Assembly: GCA_903901335.1 (NCBI GenBank)
Contig: CAIUQR010000065.1
Span: forward strand, 4,667-68,666
DNA from: an uncultured delta proteobacterium
GTDB taxonomy: Bacteria > Desulfobacterota > Desulfobulbia > Desulfobulbales > Desulfocapsaceae
Length of the DNA: 64,000 bases
Direction of reading: 5' to 3'
How positions within the stretch are numbered: the first letter of the stretch is position 1; each line of letters starts with the position of its first letter. The position numbers were made by a program, and so were the translations under genes. The notes under the pieces were generated by a model. The model was not told the DNA's origin. It saw only the letters and a program-made list of their open reading frames with translations, and ran no database searches. Positions 57,974 through 64,000 of this stretch are shown here, in pieces.

Positions 57974-58666
57974 TCAGTAGACAGCCATCTCCTTACAGAT
58001 AGCCGCAAATGATGCGGCCTCCAGGCTTGCAGCCCCGACGAACAGACCAGATATCCCTGGCAGAGATGCATACTGCCGGGCATTTTCAGGGATTATGGAA
58101 CCGCCGTAGACAATGGGCCGATGAGGATGGGCCCGCGAGATCAGGTCTGCCGCCTCGACAACCTCCTTCGGGGATTGGGGGATCCGGAAACTCAACGCAT
58201 CAACAGGTCCATAGGCGATGATCATCTTTTCACAGTCGATATCAGTCAAAGCAGTGAGTTGCGACATCGCAGAGGGCCGATCGACACAGACGATAGGCAC
58301 TAGCCCCGCATCCACCGTTTCATTCACCTTGTTGGCGACATCCTGCGAGGTCTCATGAAAGTAGCGTCTGCGATCGGAATGCCCGATAATCACATAATCG
58401 ACCATCCCCTTCACCATGTCCGCAGCCACTGCCCCGGTATAAGAGCCCTTCGGGAACGGAGAAACATCCTGGGCAGCTAAAGAGACATTGTCCAGACAGA
58501 GTCTCTTGACATACCCGGAGAGGCCGTCCAGGCAGACAAAAGAGGGGGCCAGGATCACGGACACCTCCGGGACCGGCTCGTACATGCCCGCAAACGCATC
58601 GAACCAGCTCTCTGCATCCGCGAGTGTCTTATGACATTTCCAGTTCCCTATCACAAACCGTTTCAT
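57974..58666 (-). CDS. Triosephosphate isomerase-like protein lacking the catalytic Glu
   Basis: The ATG at 58666 follows GGGAGGAG; the track start at 58759 would overlap yggU. Has GNWK, IGHSDRR, YGGS and VGAASL, but IIAYGPVDALSF replaces AYEPVWAIGTG. Confidence 0.8.
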   Translation of the reverse strand: MKRFVIGNWKCHKTLADAESWFDAFAGMYEPVPEVSVILAPSFVCLDGLSGYVKRLCLDNVSLAAQDVSPFPKGSYTGAVAADMVKGMVDYVIIGHSDRRRYFHETSQDVANKVNETVDAGLVPIVCVDRPSAMSQLTALTDIDCEKMIIAYGPVDALSFRIPQSPKEVVEAADLISRAHPHRPIVYGGSIIPENARQYASLPGISGLFVGAASLEAASFAAICKEMAVY

Positions 58667-58686
58667 CTGTCTCCTCCCGTTGAGCA

Positions 58687-58995
58687 TCAACCCTTCAATC
58701 CGATCTTTGAGGCAATCCGCACCCTCGCCTCGTCTTCGGTCAACGCACCGATTCTGCATCTTTTGGTCCTGGATTGCGCACCGCTTACAATCGTGATATC
58801 TTTCCTGGGAATCTTCAGAAGGGCCGCTAAAAAGGCAACAACCTCTTTATTTGCCTTTCCCTCCACGGGCGGTGCAGTAATGGTCATCTTCAGGGCGTTG
58901 CCATGAATCCCGCAGAGACAGGTCCTCGATGACCTGGGCTGCACATGGATGGTCAGGGCCAGACTGCCGTCTCCTTGCGTAGCCAGAAAAGGCAT
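58687..58995 (-). CDS. yggU: YggU (DUF167) family protein
   Basis: 102-aa ORF with V.PRSSR......HG..LK..ITAPPVEGKAN. Confidence 0.8.
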   Translation of the reverse strand: MPFLATQGDGSLALTIHVQPRSSRTCLCGIHGNALKMTITAPPVEGKANKEVVAFLAALLKIPRKDITIVSGAQSRTKRCRIGALTEDEARVRIASKIGLKG

Positions 58996-59034
58996 GCTCT
59001 CAATGCTCTCTAGAGGGACGGGGAATACCGGCTT

Positions 59035-59937
59035 CTATAAAACATCGGCCGCCTCACTATCGAAGGCATCCGCCTCCTCGGGATCGGAACCGGCATGAAA
59101 GGAGTCGGGCAAGTCAAGTTCCATATCGAGGTTTGCCATGTCTTCACTGCTCACGGTGCCGTCATCGGCCACCACCACACTCTGGAACAGGTCGGAAAAA
59201 TCCTCTGCATCGGCTTCAACGGTATTGAATATATCGAGATTCTCCAGGCACAGGGTAAGCACCGTCTTCAAATCATCTCGAACCCTGTCTCGTTTTTTCT
59301 TTAATCGTTCTATCTCGTTTGGATAGCGGGCCAATTCCTGGAAGGTCTCCTCTCGGAGTTTCAGGGCTTCGGTCCGGGCTGATTCGAGAATCTGCCCGGC
59401 TTCCTCTTCACTCTTCTTTTTCAGGTCTTTGCAGAATTTCTGGCCTGCAATCAGGGTCTCTTTGAAATCAATCTCAGCTTCCTGCTGTTCACCCCACTGT
59501 TTTTCCAGGGTCATCAGCCGGGAATTCAGGGCCTCTTTTTCCTTTCTCTCATCTTCAAGCAGCCCGGTCACTGCAGTCAACTTTTCTTCCTTTTCCTTCC
59601 CCTCCCATTCCAGGTTGGCTACCTGTGCCTTTAGGTCTTCAATCTCCTTGAGCAGCGTTGTATTTCCTGCATTGGTCTGTCCAGCCTCAGCGGAAATCTG
59701 ATCATATTTTCTCTGCAGGGCGGTCATATCACCTTCAAGCAATGAACGCAGCTCAATCAAATCTTCCTTCTCTTCGATCAGACCTTCAATGTCCTCAGAC
59801 TGCCGTCTGACCTGCTCGGACAACTCGAAAAATTCCTCTGCGATCAACTCCAGATAGGCTTTAACCTCAATTTCATCATACCCCCTGAATTTAACCCGGA
59901 ATTCCTGGTCCTTAATAGCCTGTGGAGTGATAGCCAT
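59035..59937 (-). CDS. divIVA: DivIVA-domain protein
   Basis: 300-aa ORF with N-terminal ITPQAIKDQEFRVKFRGYDEIEVKAYL, followed by a long coiled coil and an acidic tail. Confidence 0.85.
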   Translation of the reverse strand: MAITPQAIKDQEFRVKFRGYDEIEVKAYLELIAEEFFELSEQVRRQSEDIEGLIEEKEDLIELRSLLEGDMTALQRKYDQISAEAGQTNAGNTTLLKEIEDLKAQVANLEWEGKEKEEKLTAVTGLLEDERKEKEALNSRLMTLEKQWGEQQEAEIDFKETLIAGQKFCKDLKKKSEEEAGQILESARTEALKLREETFQELARYPNEIERLKKKRDRVRDDLKTVLTLCLENLDIFNTVEADAEDFSDLFQSVVVADDGTVSSEDMANLDMELDLPDSFHAGSDPEEADAFDSEAADVL

Positions 59938-60001
59938 GTGGGATCTCCATTCAACGAAAAGGTTTATATTTTAGTGATAACATACAGTTCTGCATGCACC
60001 T

Positions 60002-60292
60002 TCACATCGCAAGATGTCTCAAGGTAGGTACCAGAAAACTCTGCAGGAAAATAATGACCATTATGACAATAACCGGAGAGAAATCGACTCCTCCGACACT
60101 TATGGGCAGAATACCCCTGATCCGGCTCAATACCGGTTCGGTTGCCTCGTAGAGGAAACGAACGATCGGGTTGTATGGATCGGCACTGACCCAGGAAACC
60201 ACCGCCCTGCCGATAATGATCCACATATAGGCAGTGAGGAGAAAGTCGATCAGCTGGGCCACGGCCAGGATAAAATTATGTGCGACAAACAT
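60002..60292 (-). CDS. yggT: YggT-family membrane protein
   Basis: 96-aa ORF with IIGRAVVSW.....YNPIV.FLY..TEP.L..IR. Confidence 0.85.
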   Translation of the reverse strand: MFVAHNFILAVAQLIDFLLTAYMWIIIGRAVVSWVSADPYNPIVRFLYEATEPVLSRIRGILPISVGGVDFSPVIVIMVIIFLQSFLVPTLRHLAM

Positions 60293-60313
60293 CTTACACT
60301 CCTGATTTTTTTC

Positions 60314-62260
60314 TTATGAAACCTTACTCCCGGCCTCAACCCGATCTCCGACAGTGGAGAGAACCAGCCGCTGTTTTCCATCCACCTCCGTCTTCGCCGC
60401 CAGCAGCATCCCGTGGGATGTCACCCCCATCAGCTGGGCCGGCTTCAGGTTCGCAACCATCAGGACCAGACGCCCGACCATCTCCTCCGGGGTATAGAAT
60501 TCAGCAATTCCGGCCACGACGATCCGCTCTTCCGGGACTTTGACTGTCAATTTCAAGAGCTTGTCCGAATTCTTGAGCCTTTCGGCGGCGACAACCTCGG
60601 CCACGCGCAGATCGACGGTCCGGAACTGCTCAAAGGTGATCAGACCTTCCTCATCTTTATTTTCCTGGACATTCCCTTTTTTCTGCTTTTTTGGTTGCGA
60701 CGGACTCTTATCCTCGACAGTCTTGATCTTTTCGATCCTTGGGAACAAGGCCTCGATCTTCTGCAGGCATGTCCCTGCCGGAAAAAGTCCCCAGGCTCCG
60801 CCCTGATCAAGATTTCCGACAAGCGCATTTCCGGCCCCAAGCCCCAGTCCAACGGCCATCTTCACCGCCGTCTCCGGCATGACCGGAGAGAGCACAAGGG
60901 TCAGCAGGCGCAGACACTCGGCCAGATTATACAGAACCGTGTCGAGCCGGTCTTTTTTCTCCGGAGCCACGGCCAGGACCCAGGGTTCATTTCGGACGAT
61001 ATATTTATTGGCATAGCTGATCAGCTCCCAGATCGACTGCAACCCCAGGTGAAACTGAAAATTGGTAAAGGTTTCCCGGTAGCGGGAGAGCATCACTGTG
61101 GCCACCAGCCGGAGGTCCTCGTCCAGCGGATCATCAGAATCCGACGGCTGCGGCACGACCCCGTTCGAATATTTCAACAGCATCGCAGTGGAACGGCTGA
61201 ACAGATTGCCAAGATCATTAGCCAGATCCGAATTCTTCCGGGCGACGATCGCCTCATGGCCAAAACTTGCATCAAGCCCGAAGGACATTTCCCTGAGGGT
61301 AAAATATCTGAGCGTATCGATCCCGTATTCCGCCACCAGTTCCCCCGGCCGAACGACGTTGCCGATGCTTTTGGACATTTTCGTATCATCAATATTCCAG
61401 TAACCATGGACATGCAGCCGAATAAACGGGGTCAGGCCGATGGCCATCAACATCGTCGGCCAGTAGATCGCATGCGGCTTCAGGATATCCTTGGCGATCA
61501 GATGTTCCGCCACCGCCCAGTACCTGGCAAAATCTGGTCCGTCCGGATAGCCGATGCCGGTCAGATAATTGATCAGCGCATCAAACCAGACATAGGTCAC
61601 AAAGGACTGGTCGAAGGGCAGTCTGATCCCCCAGGTGAGCCGCGAGGTCGGCCGGGAGATACAGAGATCCTCCAGCGGCTCCTGTAAAAACGACAGGACC
61701 TCGTTCCGGTAGCGTTCAGGGGTGATGAATTCCGGATGGGTATGGATATAGTCGATCAAGCGTTGCTGGTATTTCGACATCCGGAAAAAATAGTTCTGCT
61801 CCGTGATCTCCTTGGGTGGGACCTGATGATCCGGGCAATTGCCGTCAACCAGTTCTTTTTCAGTCAGGAACCGTTCACAGCCTTTGCAGTACAGACCGGA
61901 ATACTCATCAAAATAGATATCCCCTTGATCGTACACATATTGGAGAATATCCTGAACCGTCTTGATGTGCTCACTGTCGGTCGTGCGGATAAAGGTATCT
62001 GGGAAGACCTGCAGGAGCGGCCAGGTATTTCTGAATACGGCGCTTATCCTGTCCACATACTCTTTCGGCCCGACGCCTTCCTTGCCGGCCGCCTCGGCAA
62101 TCTTGTCCCCATGCTCATCGGTCCCGGTCTGAAAACGGACCTCGTCACCGCACAGGCGGCGAAAGCGGCTGTAGGTGTCGGCAACAATGGTCGTAAAGGC
62201 ATGACCCAGGTGCGGCTCGGCATTCACATAATAAATCGGGGTGGTAATATAGGTAGTCAT
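60314..62260 (-). CDS. metG: Methionine--tRNA ligase with C-terminal tRNA-binding (Trbp111-like) domain
   Basis: 648-aa ORF with HIGH-type PHLGHAFT, KMSKS and a C-terminal DLRVAEVV...OB-fold domain. Confidence 0.97.
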   Translation of the reverse strand: MTTYITTPIYYVNAEPHLGHAFTTIVADTYSRFRRLCGDEVRFQTGTDEHGDKIAEAAGKEGVGPKEYVDRISAVFRNTWPLLQVFPDTFIRTTDSEHIKTVQDILQYVYDQGDIYFDEYSGLYCKGCERFLTEKELVDGNCPDHQVPPKEITEQNYFFRMSKYQQRLIDYIHTHPEFITPERYRNEVLSFLQEPLEDLCISRPTSRLTWGIRLPFDQSFVTYVWFDALINYLTGIGYPDGPDFARYWAVAEHLIAKDILKPHAIYWPTMLMAIGLTPFIRLHVHGYWNIDDTKMSKSIGNVVRPGELVAEYGIDTLRYFTLREMSFGLDASFGHEAIVARKNSDLANDLGNLFSRSTAMLLKYSNGVVPQPSDSDDPLDEDLRLVATVMLSRYRETFTNFQFHLGLQSIWELISYANKYIVRNEPWVLAVAPEKKDRLDTVLYNLAECLRLLTLVLSPVMPETAVKMAVGLGLGAGNALVGNLDQGGAWGLFPAGTCLQKIEALFPRIEKIKTVEDKSPSQPKKQKKGNVQENKDEEGLITFEQFRTVDLRVAEVVAAERLKNSDKLLKLTVKVPEERIVVAGIAEFYTPEEMVGRLVLMVANLKPAQLMGVTSHGMLLAAKTEVDGKQRLVLSTVGDRVEAGSKVS

Positions 62261-62321
62261 TGATTTTCTGAGCAGTATTTCTGCTTTCGGTTTTCTTTCT
62301 CTTAACGGAAAGGGGATCAGA

Positions 62322-63299
62322 TCATTCGTCTTCCGGTTTTTTTCGTTTGCCCGACTTCTCGGTCTTCAACTGTTCACAGTTCTGCCACTCTTTTTTTATA
62401 AGCAATCGCTCTTCACCAGCCTGATTGCCGACGAGGATGGATTCCTGCAGTGGATTCTGCCTCTTCACCAGGAGCTGTTCATCACCAATTTTAATGAATC
62501 CGCCCGGTTTCGGCATCCCTTTTCTTTGTCTGCGGTACGTATCGTACTCATAGGTAAGACAGCAGAGCAGACGGTTACAGACACCGGAGATTTTGGACGG
62601 GTTCAGCGGCAGGTCCTGTTCCTTGGCCATCTTGATTGAAACCGACTCGAATTTTTTCATAAAAAGGGAACAGCAGAGTTCTCGGCCGCAGGTCCCCATG
62701 CCACCGAGCATTTTTGTCTCGTGCCGGACACCGACCTGCCGCATCTCCACCCGGGTGCGAAACTCCTGAACCAGATCCTTGACAAGTTCCCTGAAGTCGA
62801 CCCTGTTATCGGCGGTAAAGTAAAAGATCATCTTGCTGCCGTTGAAAAACCGCTCCACCCGGACAAGACTCATCTCCAGAGAGTGCTTTTCGATAAGTCC
62901 GTCGCATACCGTAAAGGCATGTTCTTCCTGGGAAGCGAGGCTGAGATATCTCTGCGACTCTTCAGGGGTAGCCTGCCGCCCGATCACCCAGGTGGCCCGC
63001 CTCTCGCAGCCGCTGTTCTTGCAGGCCGGGGCACCGCCGATCACGACAGCCGGCTCAAAACCGTGATCCGTCCGCACCATCACGCCCTCATCTCTGACGA
63101 GATCCGCGACCTGAGATACGGCAGTAAATTCCTGTCCTTCCCGGCGAAAACGAATCCGATAAAACGCAAGATTCCCCTCCAGCCCTTTAAGGCTTGTTTC
63201 CGCATCGATCCCCATATCCGTTCCGGTATCTATGCCGACATCGATCACCACATCCGGCAGCGGGCCCGGCACAACATCCTTATTATCCCCATCATTCAT
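62322..63299 (-). CDS. PSP1-domain protein (RicT/YaaT-like)
   Basis: 325-aa ORF with the PSP1 C-terminal pattern GGMGTCGRELCC...ISGVCNRLLCCLTYE. The conserved holB-PSP1-metG neighbourhood supports the call. Confidence 0.85.
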   Translation of the reverse strand: MNDGDNKDVVPGPLPDVVIDVGIDTGTDMGIDAETSLKGLEGNLAFYRIRFRREGQEFTAVSQVADLVRDEGVMVRTDHGFEPAVVIGGAPACKNSGCERRATWVIGRQATPEESQRYLSLASQEEHAFTVCDGLIEKHSLEMSLVRVERFFNGSKMIFYFTADNRVDFRELVKDLVQEFRTRVEMRQVGVRHETKMLGGMGTCGRELCCSLFMKKFESVSIKMAKEQDLPLNPSKISGVCNRLLCCLTYEYDTYRRQRKGMPKPGGFIKIGDEQLLVKRQNPLQESILVGNQAGEERLLIKKEWQNCEQLKTEKSGKRKKPEDE

Positions 63300-63316
63300 T
63301 ATAAAAAACTCTATGG

Positions 63317-64000
63317 TTATTTCCTTTCCTGTTGCTGTAAACGAAAAAGAAGAATTTCACATACTAAGGTACGGTTGCAATTCCGACCCAGCTCCTGCTC
63401 GGCCCTGTCAATGGCCCGCAGTTTATTAAAAAGTTCCTCCGGTGCCCTGTTTCCGAGCCAATCCCGGCCGGTCCAGCGAGTGTTGCCCATGGCCCCGTCT
63501 CGTTTCTCCTGCCCGACGGGATAAACCAAGGCATCGCGTATCCAGATCCGCAACAGCCCCAGAAATGGAAAAAGATTTTCCTTCAGTCCGGCCATCACCT
63601 CCGCCATCTGGAGCAACAACCCGACCTGACTGTCCCCGCTTGCACTGGAATCCATGACAACAGTAATCACTTTTTCCCAGGTCTCTACCATTTCCGTTTT
63701 CCTGAAAAGCAGCGCCCGGCCGGGGCTGCCCTCGGAGAGTCTCGCCAGCAGTACGGCCGTTTTCTCCTCCATGCCCTTTTCGAGCAGAATCCTGACCGTA
63801 TCTCCTTGGCTCAACTGGAAAAACGGGATAGTCTGGCACCTGGAAGAGATGGTTGACAGGATACTCTTTGAGGACTCCACAGTCAGGATTAAAAGGTTAT
63901 TCTCCGGCGGTTCCTCCAGGGTCTTCAGCAGGCTGTTGGCTGCCTCCCGCCGCATGGTGTGGATATCCTCCAGGAGCACCACCCGTGTCGCCGATTCATA
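63317..64000 (-). CDS. holB: DNA polymerase III delta' subunit, C-terminal part (gene continues past the right edge)
   Basis: The reading frame stays open to position 64000 (..YESATRVVLLEDIHTM..EAANSLLKTLEEPP). Confidence 0.85.
   Translation of the reverse strand, partial: YESATRVVLLEDIHTMRREAANSLLKTLEEPPENNLLILTVESSKSILSTISSRCQTIPFFQLSQGDTVRILLEKGMEEKTAVLLARLSEGSPGRALLFRKTEMVETWEKVITVVMDSSASGDSQVGLLLQMAEVMAGLKENLFPFLGLLRIWIRDALVYPVGQEKRDGAMGNTRWTGRDWLGNRAPEELFNKLRAIDRAEQELGRNCNRTLVCEILLFRLQQQERK

Noticed and set aside
58667-58759. Upstream extension of the TPI-like ORF, overlapping yggU by 73 nt
   Set aside because: The extension encodes Arg-rich non-TPI sequence. A strong GGGAGGAG SD precedes the ATG at 58666, which yields the canonical MKRFVIGNWK N-terminus and removes the overlap.
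60413-61687. 424-aa plus-strand ORF, with similar long ORFs at 13050-14006, 44373-45329, 47815-48837, 46843-47757, 5581-6393, 53629-54471, 62721-63524 and 29753-30658
   Set aside because: All lie antisense to strongly supported genes (metG, gap, ahcY, dsrA/B, alaS, rpoD, the PSP1 gene, and the NIL-ferredoxin and kinase genes). They show the same Arg/Gly/Pro-rich shadow-frame composition and no independent coding evidence.
1-64000. Search for mobile elements, CRISPR arrays, tRNA or rRNA genes, prophage or defence islands
   Set aside because: I recognised no transposase, integrase, recombinase or Cas-like ORFs. There are no regularly spaced direct repeats and no tRNA T-arm (GGTTCGAAT-type) motifs in the intergenic regions. 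The window reads as conserved housekeeping chromosome.

Overview
This is a dense core-chromosome window from a sulfate-reducing Desulfobacterota, Desulfobulbales-like by gene content. It holds about 60 protein genes and no tRNA or rRNA genes, CRISPR arrays, transposases or integrases that I can see. Recognisable content: F-type ATP synthase split into two operons (atpZ-I-B-E at 24.8-26.6 kb; b'-b-delta-alpha-gamma at 0-3.5 kb); dissimilatory sulfite reductase dsrABD; alaS, metG, metK-ahcY; gap, glgA, aroC, aroK, pgi, rpe; rpoD, dnaG, dprA, holB; fused secDF, bamD, hemL, trxA, birA, rimO, kpsF, larB; a cbpA-cbpM chaperone pair; and a divIVA-yggT-yggU cluster. Many track ORFs begin at GTG/TTG extensions, so I trimmed them to ATG starts with Shine-Dalgarno support where I could read one. 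The strongest non-coding signal is a 14-bp palindrome, TGAATGGTCATTCA. It occurs five times, exact or with one mismatch, always at energy-metabolism promoters: twice just downstream of a TTGACA-17-TAAAAA promoter of the atp b' operon, twice bracketing a TTGACA-17-TATTCT promoter of dsrA, and once upstream of atpZIBE. A weaker copy sits in the trxA leader. This looks like the operator of an unidentified regulator linking sulfite reduction and ATP synthase. Protein-level oddities: an 824-aa membrane protein with a cytoplasmic UBC/E2-like domain (HPD...C motif) plus TPR-like repeats and no E1 or ubiquitin-like partner in the window; an orphan CooT plus CooJ-like nickel chaperone pair (H-W-x2-H-x3-H motif and His tail) behind kpsF; a 1427-aa protein with a PPDK-type ATP-grasp and phosphohistidine swivel but no PEP/pyruvate barrel; and a triosephosphate-isomerase paralog lacking the catalytic glutamate. 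All family calls come from reading motifs by eye. No database search was run.
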